Assembly (NCBI GenBank): GCA_963796955.1
Contig: CAWCNJ010000008.1
Coordinates: 416,001-480,000 of the forward strand
Direction of reading: 5' to 3'
DNA: 64,000 bases
Source: Endomicrobiales bacterium
Lineage (GTDB): Bacteria; Elusimicrobiota; Endomicrobiia; Endomicrobiales; JALOBY01
The position numbers and the translations under genes are program-made. Below are positions 49,791-59,841 of this stretch, in pieces. Every line of letters begins with the position of its first letter. The first letter of the stretch is position 1. The notes below the pieces were generated by a model. The model was not told the DNA's origin and made no database searches. It was given only the letters and a program-made list of their open reading frames with translations.

Positions 49791-51098
49791 ATGAAATATT
49801 TCGTTACTACCATGGGTTGTCAGATGAATGTTGCGGACTCCAACACCATGGCCTCTCATCTGGAAAACCGTGGATTTAAGCATACTGAATCCAGGGCAGA
49901 GGCGGATGTAATTATCCTTAATACCTGCTCGGTACGAGAACACGCTGAACATAAAGCTATGTCGTTCATCGGCAGGCTCAAACCGTTCAAAGACGCCAAA
50001 CCCGGCCTGCGCATCGTAGTTACCGGCTGCGCCGCTGAACGGATGGGGAAAAAGCTGCGGAAAAAATTCCCTATCGTAGACCTTGTGGTCGGCGCAAAAC
50101 AGATAGACCATTTTCCCGAGATATTTGACAATGCCTTTCCTATACAGGCTTTACCGGGGTTTGAAGCGGCGCCTGTTCGCGCCCTCTTACCCTCAAGGGC
50201 GAAAGAATCAGATGAAATGGCATTTGTCACCATCATGCGCGGCTGCCAGAATTTCTGCTCGTATTGCATCGTGCCCCACGTACGTGGCCCGGAAAAATCA
50301 CGCTCTATGTCCGAAGTATTGGTAGAGGTAAAAGCTTACGCCGCTGACGGTTTTAAGGATGTAATGCTGCTCGGCCAAAATGTTAACTCATACCGTGCCG
50401 TGGAGGGTGGGCAGACTTTCGATTTTCCCGACCTGCTGGCCAGGGTTAACGAGGTAGAAGGCATCGAACGCATACGTTTTATGACCAGCCACCCCAAGGA
50501 CTTAAGCGACAGGCTTATAGAAGCACTGGCCTCGCTGGATAAAGTTTGCGGTCACCTGCATCTGCCTCTGCAATCGGGCTCCGACAGGATACTGGCCGCT
50601 ATGAACAGAAAGTACGACACCGCCCACTACCTGCATATCGCAGGAAAGCTGCGGGACCGGCTACCCGATATAAGCCTTACAACGGATATACTTATCGGTT
50701 TCCCCGGTGAGACCGAGGATGATTTCCAGAAAACACTGACCATGATCGAAAAGGCCGGGTTTAACGCTCTTTTTGGCTTCAAATATTCAAGGCGTGAGGG
50801 CACAGCCTCGGCTGCCATGGCCGAGACAGTATCGGAAGAGGAAAAGGACGCGCGTTTAAAGCGCCTGCTGGAACTGGCTGATAAGATCTCCATACGCATC
50901 AACAGCGGCCTTGTCGGCTCTGTGCAACAGGTGCTGGTAGAAAAGACCGACGGCGCACTTTGTACCGGAAGGACCCGCTCGAATATAAAGGTCTTTTTCC
51001 CGGCTCCGGAGGGAAATAACATCAACGGTTCTATCATAGATATAAAGATAACACTGGCCAAGATCAATACGCTTGTAGGTGAACTATGCGTAAATTAG
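49791..51098 (+). CDS. miaB: tRNA methylthiotransferase MiaB
   Basis: TMGCQMN, NTCSVRE, GCQNFCSYC, C-terminal TRAM domain. Confidence 0.95.
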   Translation: MKYFVTTMGCQMNVADSNTMASHLENRGFKHTESRAEADVIILNTCSVREHAEHKAMSFIGRLKPFKDAKPGLRIVVTGCAAERMGKKLRKKFPIVDLVVGAKQIDHFPEIFDNAFPIQALPGFEAAPVRALLPSRAKESDEMAFVTIMRGCQNFCSYCIVPHVRGPEKSRSMSEVLVEVKAYAADGFKDVMLLGQNVNSYRAVEGGQTFDFPDLLARVNEVEGIERIRFMTSHPKDLSDRLIEALASLDKVCGHLHLPLQSGSDRILAAMNRKYDTAHYLHIAGKLRDRLPDISLTTDILIGFPGETEDDFQKTLTMIEKAGFNALFGFKYSRREGTASAAMAETVSEEEKDARLKRLLELADKISIRINSGLVGSVQQVLVEKTDGALCTGRTRSNIKVFFPAPEGNNINGSIIDIKITLAKINTLVGELCVN

Positions 51099-51655
51099 TT
51101 GTACCTTTAATAATTATATTCGTTATTTTCATGACCCTGTTCTATTACGACGTCCCCTGGAACATGATGCGCCCCGTCTTTCATCAGGAAACTATCGAGA
51201 ACACGGCGATCAAATACGGTTTCGACCCGTTGCTGATCAATGCCGTCATTCGCGCTGAATCCAGTTTTTTCTTCAGGGCCCGCTCAAGCAGGGGCGCGAT
51301 CGGACTTATGCAGCTGATGCCGTCGACCGCAAGGGAGCTTGCGTCTGAACTGAACATGAAAGGATTCTCCGATACTGACCTTGAAAAACCTGAAGTTAAC
51401 ATACGGCTTGGCGTCTATTACCTGAGCAAGTTACATAAAGAATTCAACGGTAACCGGATACTGGCGCTGGCCGCCTACAATGCCGGCCTCGGGAAAGTGC
51501 AGGAATGGTATAAGCAAAACCCGATCCTGGCCTTAGAGATATCGGATATCCCTTACGAAGAAACGCGCGCATACGTTAACCGAGTGGAGCGCACCTACAC
51601 ATGGCTGAAGCGAATTCAAAAGGTCAAAAAGGCACTGCAGAAAAAGGGGGTCTAA
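51086..51655 (+). CDS. Lytic transglycosylase (SLT domain)
   Basis: IRAES, GAIGLMQLMP, AAYNAG, ETRAYV. Confidence 0.92.
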   Translation: MRKLVVPLIIIFVIFMTLFYYDVPWNMMRPVFHQETIENTAIKYGFDPLLINAVIRAESSFFFRARSSRGAIGLMQLMPSTARELASELNMKGFSDTDLEKPEVNIRLGVYYLSKLHKEFNGNRILALAAYNAGLGKVQEWYKQNPILALEISDIPYEETRAYVNRVERTYTWLKRIQKVKKALQKKGV

Positions 51656-54261
51656 CCCCTTTGATGCAGCAATACCGTGAGATAAAGGCGCGCTATAAAG
51701 ACGCGATCCTGTTTTTCCGGCTTGGCGATTTTTATGAAATGTTCGCCGATGACGCCCGCGAGGCCTCAGCCCTTCTGGAATTAACGCTTACCAAACGGCA
51801 GGAATACCCGATGTGCGGCGTGCCCTATCACGCGGCGCCGGCCTACATTAAGCGGCTGGTAAAAGCAGGGCGCAAAGTGGCTATCTGCGAACAGCTTGAA
51901 AACCCTTCTGCTATAAAAGGCCTGGTAAAACGAGATGTCGTACGTTTGATCACCTCCGGCACCATCATCGAAGATTCTCTCCTGGAAGCGGGCCGCAATA
52001 ATTTTCTCGCCGCCTGCTGTTTCTCGGACGATCAAAGCACCGCGGCGGTCGCTTATATAGATATATCGACCGGCGAATTTTGCGCTACCGAAACGACCCG
52101 CGATAAAGCCGCTCTGGAACTCGCGCGCCTGTCACCTCAGGAAATAATAGCACCTGCCTCGCTGGCGAACTCGACATTAATAAAAAACATGGTCGCGGGC
52201 ACCAAAGCCGCAGTGACCACCCTTGACGACTACTGTTTTTTACCGGCTGAAGCAGAGACTCGTTTAAAAGAAACCCTGCACGTCCAGTCAATGAAGCCTC
52301 TCGGGCTTGAAGGCCGGAGTTTTGCTGCGCGCGCGTGCGGGGCCATCATCACCTATCTTGAGCGTACTCAGCTCGCCCAGATGCCGCCGTTATCGACGAT
52401 CCGTTATTATTCCCTGGACGATTACATGCTGCTGGACCCTATAGCCATACGGAACCTTGAGTTGCTGGAAGGGGCCTCCGGCGATACTAAGGGCCGTTCC
52501 CTGCTTAACTCCATCGATGAAACGGTCACACCTATGGGCGCCCGCCTGCTGCGGCAGTATCTTTTGCGCCCGCTCATTTCCACCGCGAAAATAAAGGCCC
52601 GCCAAAATGCGGTTGCATACTTCATTGCCGAGGGCATGGCCCGGCGCGACGTCAGAGAGCTGCTTACAGAGGTCACCGACATTGAACGCATCGTTAACCG
52701 GGTGGCGAACGGCACCGCAAACCCCAGAGAGGTCCAGGCTTTACGGCATGCGCTTGAAGCGGTACCGCGCCTGAAGGATGCCTGCAGAGGGTCAGACGTG
52801 GATCCGTCCCTCTCGCATATAACCGCGCGATTGCTCGCCCCGGACGGGCTGTCGTCGACCATCTTCAGTGCCATCGCAGACGAACCGCCGCTCACGCTGA
52901 AAGAAGGCGGCGTAATAAAAACAGGTTATAATGCCGAACTGGATGAGATACGTTCTGTCAGCACAGATTCAAAGCAGCATATTTCGGCGATGGAAACACG
53001 GGAGCGCGTGCGCACGGGAATAAACTCTTTAAAAATAGGTTACACCTCCGTATTCGGTTATTACCTGGAGGTGACCAAAACGAACCTCGGTCAGGTGCCC
53101 CAGGATTATATACGAAAACAAACCGTTGCCGGCGGTGAGCGTTTTATCACGCAGGAACTGAAAGACTTCGAGAACAAAGTTCTTTCAGCTGAAGAAAAGA
53201 TCAGAAAACTGGAAGAACACCTTTTCCGTCAGGTTCGCGCCAGGGTAACCGAACATGCCGCCGAATTGCTGTCGCTGGCCGCGGCCGTGGCGGAGATCGA
53301 CATACTCGCCTGCTTCGCCGAGACCGCCGCCATGCGCAACTATTGCAAACCGGAAATTGACGATAGCTTTGATCTGGTGGTAAAGGACGGCCGGCACCCC
53401 GTCGTAGAAGCCTCGATCGCCACCGGTACCTTTGTTCCCAACGACTGCGAACTTTCGGGGACCGGTGCACATATCATGCTGCTGACGGGTCCTAACATGG
53501 CCGGAAAGTCTACGTATCTGCGTCAGGTCGCCCTGATCAGTTTGCTCGCGCAGACGGGCAGCTTTGTGCCGGCCGGCAGCGCGCGCTGCGGCATCATCGA
53601 CAAAATATTCACGCGCATCGGCGCTGCCGACAACCTGGCGGGCGGCGAATCCACTTTTATGGTAGAGATGCACGAGACGGCGAACATTCTCAATCAGTTC
53701 ACTGAAAGATCTCTTATAATCTTAGACGAAGTGGGCCGCGGCACCTCTACCTACGACGGTATTTCTATCGCGCGGGCGACATTGGAACACCTGCTGGCCG
53801 TCACACCGGGAAAGGCGCGGCCCAAGGTTCTTTTTGCCACCCATTACTTTGAGCTCACCAGCATGCCGCAGCAGTATAGCGGCATGATCAACCGGAATGT
53901 CTCGGTCAAGGAATATCAGGGCTCGGTGGTTTTCATGCACAAGATCCTGCCGGGGGCCGCGGACCGCAGCTACGGCATACACGTTGCCGCCCTGGCCGGC
54001 ATACCGAAAGCGGTGGTAACCCGTGCGCAGATAATTCTGCGCGAACTGGAACGGGCGGCCTCTCTGGTGCAAAATGAGGATATTCACGCCCCGCAGCTGG
54101 CGCTGGATCTGGACGCGGTGACTAAAGCGAGTGAAACAGCTTCATCTTTAGAAAATATTTTGGTACAATTGTCCAAGCTAAACGCGGACAAAATGACACC
54201 GCTGGAAGCACTGAAACAACTGGCTGAGTGGAAAGAACAACTGTCCCGGGCGAATGACTGA
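51601..54261 (+). CDS. mutS: DNA mismatch repair protein MutS
   Basis: TPLMQQY, GDFYEMF, GPNMAGKST, DEVGRGTST. Confidence 0.97.
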   Translation: MAEANSKGQKGTAEKGGLTPLMQQYREIKARYKDAILFFRLGDFYEMFADDAREASALLELTLTKRQEYPMCGVPYHAAPAYIKRLVKAGRKVAICEQLENPSAIKGLVKRDVVRLITSGTIIEDSLLEAGRNNFLAACCFSDDQSTAAVAYIDISTGEFCATETTRDKAALELARLSPQEIIAPASLANSTLIKNMVAGTKAAVTTLDDYCFLPAEAETRLKETLHVQSMKPLGLEGRSFAARACGAIITYLERTQLAQMPPLSTIRYYSLDDYMLLDPIAIRNLELLEGASGDTKGRSLLNSIDETVTPMGARLLRQYLLRPLISTAKIKARQNAVAYFIAEGMARRDVRELLTEVTDIERIVNRVANGTANPREVQALRHALEAVPRLKDACRGSDVDPSLSHITARLLAPDGLSSTIFSAIADEPPLTLKEGGVIKTGYNAELDEIRSVSTDSKQHISAMETRERVRTGINSLKIGYTSVFGYYLEVTKTNLGQVPQDYIRKQTVAGGERFITQELKDFENKVLSAEEKIRKLEEHLFRQVRARVTEHAAELLSLAAAVAEIDILACFAETAAMRNYCKPEIDDSFDLVVKDGRHPVVEASIATGTFVPNDCELSGTGAHIMLLTGPNMAGKSTYLRQVALISLLAQTGSFVPAGSARCGIIDKIFTRIGAADNLAGGESTFMVEMHETANILNQFTERSLIILDEVGRGTSTYDGISIARATLEHLLAVTPGKARPKVLFATHYFELTSMPQQYSGMINRNVSVKEYQGSVVFMHKILPGAADRSYGIHVAALAGIPKAVVTRAQIILRELERAASLVQNEDIHAPQLALDLDAVTKASETASSLENILVQLSKLNADKMTPLEALKQLAEWKEQLSRAND

Positions 54262-54285
54262 CAACTTAAACTGAGGTGACCGCTG

Positions 54286-54726
54286 ATGAACAACAGACGC
54301 AAGGAAGACCGATTCCCGGTGTTGCATGAAATTGACGAACCCATCGAGCTCGCATTGAACAAGGAAGTGGTGCCGGGCGTGCTGGTAGACCTCTCTGCGA
54401 CCGGCATGTGCATACTTACTTTCGCGACTATCGCCATCGGTACCGAGATCAGCATGACGGTGAACCTGCCCGGTTTCAAAAGCAAGCCTATGGCGGGCAA
54501 GGTCGTCTGGTCCATTAACAAAGGCGAGATGGTCCGTACCGGCATCGCGTTCAATTCCATTGACCCCATAGATTTCCGCCATATCAACCGCATGGGCTTT
54601 GATTTCACGGATTGCGACACAAAAATAGAACTCGGCGCGAAAGACGTATGCTTTGAGAAATGTTCCTACTACGCCTTGTGCGCGAAAGACGAGAAACTTT
54701 CCAAGAACGCTCATCCGCACGTATAA
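54286..54726 (+). CDS. PilZ domain protein with a Cys-rich C-terminus
   Basis: RRKEDR and DLSATG c-di-GMP-binding motifs. Confidence 0.8.
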   Translation: MNNRRKEDRFPVLHEIDEPIELALNKEVVPGVLVDLSATGMCILTFATIAIGTEISMTVNLPGFKSKPMAGKVVWSINKGEMVRTGIAFNSIDPIDFRHINRMGFDFTDCDTKIELGAKDVCFEKCSYYALCAKDEKLSKNAHPHV

Positions 54727-56460
54727 ATGCCCATCCGGATACTTGCCGAAAACACTATCAATAAGATAGCGGCGGGGGAAGTGGTTGAGAGACCCGCCAA
54801 TGCCGCGAAAGAGCTTGTTGAAAACTCCCTCGACTCGGGCGCGACATCTATTACGATCGATATTTCCGGCGCCGGCAGGAACCTGCTGCGTGTCAGCGAC
54901 AACGGCTGCGGTATGAGCCGCGAGGACCTCGCGCTGTCCGTGCAAAGGCATGCCACTTCAAAGATATCCGAGTTCGACGACCTTATATCTCTCGGCACCT
55001 TCGGCTTCAGGGGCGAGGCGCTCTCTTCCATAGCCGCTGTTTCAAAATTCACCATCCGCAGCCGCGGATCGAATGCGGACGAGGGGTGGCAGATAACAGT
55101 TAACGGCGGGACCTTAAAGGAAAGCCGGAGTTGCGCCATGGCGCAAGGCACGACAGTAGAAGTAAAAGACCTTTTTTACAACACCCCCGCACGGGCGAAA
55201 TTCCTGAGATCAGACACCACGGAAAAACACCGCCTGCTTCGCATTATCGAAGAACTCGCTATCGCCTGGCCAAATGTAGCCTTTACTGTGAACATAGAAA
55301 ACAAAACTATCCTGCGCGCCGCGCGGGCTGCGTCCCGGGAAGAACGCGTGCGCGATATTCTGGGCTCTCAATTCATTGAATACCTTATACCCGTCAAAGC
55401 CGACCATCCGCAGGCCTCTATCACCGGTTTTGTAACAGCCATAGAACACAGCCTCACAGCCAGGGACTCGCAATACTTGTTCGTCAATAACCGGCCTATC
55501 AACCTGGGGAAAGCCTTCACTCACGCCATCTATCAAGCCTATCACCAGCAGTTGCCGATAGGCCACCATCCCGGCGTAGTCCTTTTTATAGATCTTGACC
55601 CTGCACAGGTCGATGTGAACATCCATCCCACAAAACGTGAAGTGCGCTTTGCCAGCGAGAGGGAAATATATTCGCTGCTATCAGCGGCTATAACACAAAC
55701 TGTGACGAGAGCGCCCTCAATGCCCGCTGGTCAAAAACCATCAAAAGTAAATGTCCCGGGTATCGTCTCCAGCGTCAATAAAGAGCCGGTACCATACTCC
55801 CGTTCGAACAAGGATCATGCTGCTGAGACGTTTTTTTCCAGACCGGCAGTTCACGAAACTGCGCAAGAGTACCAAGACACAACCCTTAATGAAACCACGG
55901 TACTGGGCCAGGCCTTCAATCTGTATGTGATCGCCCAGAGAGGTGAAGAACTGCTTATAATAGACCAGCACGCGGCTCACGAACGGATCAATTATGAAGA
56001 GTTCCGCAGGGAATTCGACAAAAAAGCTATTAAAGTACAGCCACTGCTTCTTCCGTTGAATATTGAGCTATCAGCCAGCCAGGCGGCTCTGCTGCTTGAG
56101 AACCAATCGCTGCTGGTATCTCTCGGCTGCGCTATAGAGGCATTCGGAAAACATACCATACGGATCACCGCCCTTCCGGCCATAGTCGGAACGGAAACTC
56201 AGACTAATGACTTGATAAACCGCATCATAGAAGCCCTTTCCTCTGAAACGAACGTAGACCACGAAGACAAAATAGAAAAAGTAATACGCGCCGCCTGCCG
56301 CGCCAGCATTAAACAACGAGACCGCCTGACGAACGCAGAAATGGCCCGCCTGATACAAGACCTTTTTAAATGTGAAAAACCCTATACCTGCCCCCACGGC
56401 AGGCCGACCGTGCGCACGATAAGCAAGGCAGAGCTGCACCGCTATTTTGGCAGAACGTAA
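54727..56460 (+). CDS. mutL: DNA mismatch repair protein MutL
   Basis: IAAGEVVERP, GFRGEAL, DQHAAHER, ACR, CPHGRP. Confidence 0.97.
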   Translation: MPIRILAENTINKIAAGEVVERPANAAKELVENSLDSGATSITIDISGAGRNLLRVSDNGCGMSREDLALSVQRHATSKISEFDDLISLGTFGFRGEALSSIAAVSKFTIRSRGSNADEGWQITVNGGTLKESRSCAMAQGTTVEVKDLFYNTPARAKFLRSDTTEKHRLLRIIEELAIAWPNVAFTVNIENKTILRAARAASREERVRDILGSQFIEYLIPVKADHPQASITGFVTAIEHSLTARDSQYLFVNNRPINLGKAFTHAIYQAYHQQLPIGHHPGVVLFIDLDPAQVDVNIHPTKREVRFASEREIYSLLSAAITQTVTRAPSMPAGQKPSKVNVPGIVSSVNKEPVPYSRSNKDHAAETFFSRPAVHETAQEYQDTTLNETTVLGQAFNLYVIAQRGEELLIIDQHAAHERINYEEFRREFDKKAIKVQPLLLPLNIELSASQAALLLENQSLLVSLGCAIEAFGKHTIRITALPAIVGTETQTNDLINRIIEALSSETNVDHEDKIEKVIRAACRASIKQRDRLTNAEMARLIQDLFKCEKPYTCPHGRPTVRTISKAELHRYFGRT

Positions 56461-56469
56461 GTTTTCCGC

Positions 56470-56498
56470 TTGACTATTGGAAATGAAATTTGTATAGT
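56470..56498 (+). promoter_or_regulatory. Sigma70-type promoter upstream of the small lipoprotein
   Basis: TTGACT-17 bp-TATAGT. Confidence 0.6.
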
Positions 56499-56539
56499 TT
56501 CGCTGTAAGAACGATTTGAATTGATGGTATCGCGAATTT

Positions 56540-56569
56540 AGCCCTTTTGAGTTGAGAAGGGCTTTGTTT
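56540..56569 (+). terminator. Terminator-like hairpin
   Basis: AGCCCTTTT-GAGTTG-AGAAGGGCT-TTGTTT. Confidence 0.55.
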
Positions 56570-56616
56570 ATTGTAAAGAAAATCTGGAAAATCTAATAAA
56601 AAGGAGGTGTTATATT

Positions 56617-56796
56617 ATGAAGAAAGTTCTCTTTGCCGCATTCCTTGCGTCTATCGTTTTCGCAGGTTGCAAAAAAGCTGAAATGGCACCGGAAGCAACC
56701 GCTCCCGCAGCCGCCCCGGTTATGACCGATACAACAACCGTTACGACCCCGGCAACAACAGCCCCTGCAACCCCTGCAGCTCCCGCAACAAAATAA
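56617..56796 (+). CDS. Small Ala/Pro/Thr-rich lipoprotein (59 aa; not in the ORF track)
   Basis: AGGAGGT SD; MKKVLFAAFLASIVFAGC lipobox then KKAEMAPEATAPAAAP...PATK. Confidence 0.85.
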   Translation: MKKVLFAAFLASIVFAGCKKAEMAPEATAPAAAPVMTDTTTVTTPATTAPATPAAPATK

Positions 56797-56816
56797 TGTT
56801 ATCATTCATTATTCAT

Positions 56817-56856
56817 GAAAAGAGCAGAGAAACATTTTCTGCTCTTTTCTTTTTTT
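56817..56856 (+). terminator. Intrinsic terminator
   Basis: GAAAAGAGCAGAGAA-loop-TTTTCTGCTCTTTTC followed by a T-run. Confidence 0.8.
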
Positions 56857-56870
56857 GGTAAAATGTACGC

Positions 56871-57829
56871 ATGAAAACAGAACCGGTTATAGTTATAGCA
56901 GGGCCCACCGCCTCGGGGAAAGCGCTGTCGCCGCTGCGGTAGCGTGCTTGACCGGCGGAGAATTGATCTCGGCTGATTCACGACAGGTTTATCGTTATCT
57001 TGACGTAGGCACCAACAAGGCGGGCAATAAGAATGCTTCTTCAGGGTTCTGGGAACTAAACAGCACTCCACAGCACCTTATAGACATTGTTGAACCCTCT
57101 GAAACATTCAATGCCGGTGATTTTGTAGAGCGTGCGAATGTATTGATAGAAGAAATACGGTCACGCGGCAAAAGACCGGTAATTGTCGGAGGCACCGGAC
57201 TGTACATAAAAGCGCTTATCGACGGCCTTGCCCCTATGCCGGACCCTGATGAAACCCTCAGAGTTCAGTTGAAACGGGAATACGTTGACCATGGCGCAGA
57301 TCATCTTTATGAACGCCTGAAAGCATTGGATGCGGACTCCGCCGAGAAAAACCGAGGCAATCCCCAACGGCTGATACGGGCCCTGGAGGTCTGCATTCTG
57401 AGCGGCAAGAAGATCACGGACCTGCAAAGAGAAACCGTACCATCCCATCACGCTTTCATGCAATTCGCGCTAAACTGGCCCAGAGAAGAATTGTACAATA
57501 ACATAAACGCGCGTGCCCGTGCCATGCTGGATGCCGGTCTTATTGAAGAAGCCCTTGCCGTATTGAACAAGGGATACGCGCCCGATTGTCCCGGCTTGGA
57601 CGCGACCATCGGTTACCGTGACGCCCTGGCATATACCGGGGGTGAGATCTCAAGGACACAGCTTGAAACTAAGATCGCGCTTGATACCCGCCACTACGCC
57701 AAACGCCAATTGACCTGGTTCAACCGGGATAAACGAATGCAATGGATAGACACTTCACAGGCAGCATTCGATCCGGATAAGATTGCGCATTCTATTATCA
57801 GCAGGTTGAAAAACCTTGACAAAAATTAG
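56871..57829 (+). CDS. miaA: tRNA dimethylallyltransferase, frameshifted near 56920
   Basis: ATG 56871 gives MKTEPVIVIAGPTASGK; one added A joins SAVA...SADSRQVY...VGGTGLY...YAKRQLTW. Confidence 0.92.
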
Positions 57830-57852
57830 ATGTAAATGTAATATTATCGCAA

Positions 57853-58491
57853 ATGGATCATAAAAATCGCTTCAGGCTGATGTTATCCATATTTATCATT
57901 TTTCTGATCAATACCGTCGCAGGTGCAGTTACTACGCCGGTCTTGCGTCAGACGGGCGGCACAACCTCCTTATACGAAGACTTCGATGGAGACAACCAGG
58001 CTGATGTTATTACCGCGACGTATTCAGCCGGCTCCTGTAAAATATCCTCTCACCTTTCACATAACAAAAAACAAACCATTTCGGTCTCAATAGCAGGGAT
58101 CCCGGCAAGCGACATAGGGATAATCTCACGGGATATAGACCGGGACCAAGACAAGGACCTGCTTGTCGTAAATAATAGATCACACAAGATATTGCACGTT
58201 CTCATTAATGACGGGAAAGGATTCTTCAGCTCTAACGATACGTTTTTTGTCGCGGCGCACAATTTCGCTCCTGAGATAACCCAAAAGAACCGGCAAAATT
58301 CTGAAGACAACCAATTATCAACAAATCAATTTTCTCTCAAGCTTCTTCCAGATACAGCGGCATTCATATTCTCGCTTGTAAGCGGCAGGATATTTTGCGC
58401 AAATACGTATTGCAATTTCAGCCGGCTTGCGTTTGTGTATGCAGGCGAGTCGTTTACCGTATTTTCACCCCGCAGTCCTCCCCTGTTGTAA
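57853..58491 (+). CDS. Secreted protein with FG-GAP/VCBS-like Ca-binding loops and a C-terminal RSPP motif
   Basis: Signal peptide, DFDGDNQAD, DIDRDQDKDL...INDGKGFF, ends FSPRSPPLL. Confidence 0.7.
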   Translation: MDHKNRFRLMLSIFIIFLINTVAGAVTTPVLRQTGGTTSLYEDFDGDNQADVITATYSAGSCKISSHLSHNKKQTISVSIAGIPASDIGIISRDIDRDQDKDLLVVNNRSHKILHVLINDGKGFFSSNDTFFVAAHNFAPEITQKNRQNSEDNQLSTNQFSLKLLPDTAAFIFSLVSGRIFCANTYCNFSRLAFVYAGESFTVFSPRSPPLL

Positions 58492-58584
58492 ACTGATACT
58501 TCCCAAAAACGCCTTGTACCATTGTCTTCGCACTCGTGCGTAATTTGTACGCGCGAAAAAACACCACAACTATTGAGTATATCT

Positions 58585-59841
58585 ATGAATAAATCAAAGC
58601 TGCGAACAGTCTATGCTGCCATAGTTTTGTTGTCACCGTTAAACATCGTTTTGGCTGCTGATACACTGAATCTGTCGGAGGTCATCGATAGATCCGTCCG
58701 TTCGAACTACTCTTTGCAGGCCGCACAAAAACAACTGAGTATTTTAGAGGGAAAGGTTATCCAATCCGAGGCCATACCTAACCCATCAGTTGAAGGGTCC
58801 TTAAGCCAGGTCGCTATGAACGACCTTTCTACCGCCGGCAGCGCCAGAGAAGTGGGGATCACACAGACGATCGAGACCGGGGGAAAACGACAATTGAGAT
58901 CAACGATCAGTGAAGCAGACCTTTCGTCTGCTCGTGCGGAATTTGAAGCAGCAAAGCGTTCCATAATAACGCAGGTGAAAGAAAGCTATTGGAACTATTC
59001 TTTTGCACAGGAAAAAGTGGAATTTGCGCAGGAAAACCTCGAATTCCAGCAGAGATCTTTCGCCAGGATTCAAGACAGTTTCCAAACAGGCAGCGCAAAA
59101 CTCGCGGACGTGGCCAGAGAAAAACTTGAAGTCTCAAAAGCAAAGAACGACCTTCTGGTTGCCCAGGAATATCTTAAAACGGTCAAAGCCGACCTGAATG
59201 CATTAATGGGAAGAGACTTTACGGCACCCCTTTTTCCTGCACACAAGCTTGATAGTAGGATCTATGACTTCAACGAATCTGAACTGCAGCGCATCGCATA
59301 TGAGACACGGGCGGAAACGATATCTCTCGCAGCGCAGAAAGTGGGAGCAAAAGCTGAATTACAGCTCGCCCGGCGCACCCTTTTACTGCCGGATCTTGAC
59401 ACCGGTTTCTCCTATCAGGAAGGGGCCAGGGCTGATAATCAGCCTAGTCTGGGCGGTCATGTAGGCATAACGCTGCCGTTGTGGTATACGTTCAAGGGTG
59501 AGCGGCTCTCTGCACAGAGCCACATTGAAACGCTGGAGATACAGGAGAAGGATACCAGGCTTGCCATCTCGCTGCAGGTGCACAAAGCCCTTCTTGAACT
59601 CAATCTTTCATCAGATCAGATAAAGCTTTGGCGTGAGGCGGTGGATGAAGCAACGGAAGCCGCACGGGAAGCCGAGCAGGAGTATTTCGACGGCACGGCG
59701 GACCTGCTGATATTTACACGCGCACGGCAAGATCTGGTGAATGTAAAGCTGAATTACATAGGATCGCTTAAAGATTATTTGTCTAACCTTGCGGAGCTTG
59801 AGCAGTCCGTCGGTAAGGATCTTAACGGAGGGGTACAATGA
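58585..59841 (+). CDS. TolC/CzcC-family outer-membrane efflux protein
   Basis: Signal peptide, PNPS...QTIETGGKR, GITLPLW. Confidence 0.9.
   Translation: MNKSKLRTVYAAIVLLSPLNIVLAADTLNLSEVIDRSVRSNYSLQAAQKQLSILEGKVIQSEAIPNPSVEGSLSQVAMNDLSTAGSAREVGITQTIETGGKRQLRSTISEADLSSARAEFEAAKRSIITQVKESYWNYSFAQEKVEFAQENLEFQQRSFARIQDSFQTGSAKLADVAREKLEVSKAKNDLLVAQEYLKTVKADLNALMGRDFTAPLFPAHKLDSRIYDFNESELQRIAYETRAETISLAAQKVGAKAELQLARRTLLLPDLDTGFSYQEGARADNQPSLGGHVGITLPLWYTFKGERLSAQSHIETLEIQEKDTRLAISLQVHKALLELNLSSDQIKLWREAVDEATEAAREAEQEYFDGTADLLIFTRARQDLVNVKLNYIGSLKDYLSNLAELEQSVGKDLNGGVQ

Noticed and set aside
56690..56790. Short imperfect repeats (GCTCCCGCA, CCCCTGCA) as a repeat array or CRISPR
   Set aside because: Explained by Ala/Pro/Thr codons of the small lipoprotein; no repeat-spacer periodicity
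56871..57829. miaA and the other frameshifted genes as true pseudogenes or programmed frameshifts
   Set aside because: Single indels without further decay or slippery heptamers, and miaB depends on MiaA; sequencing error is more likely
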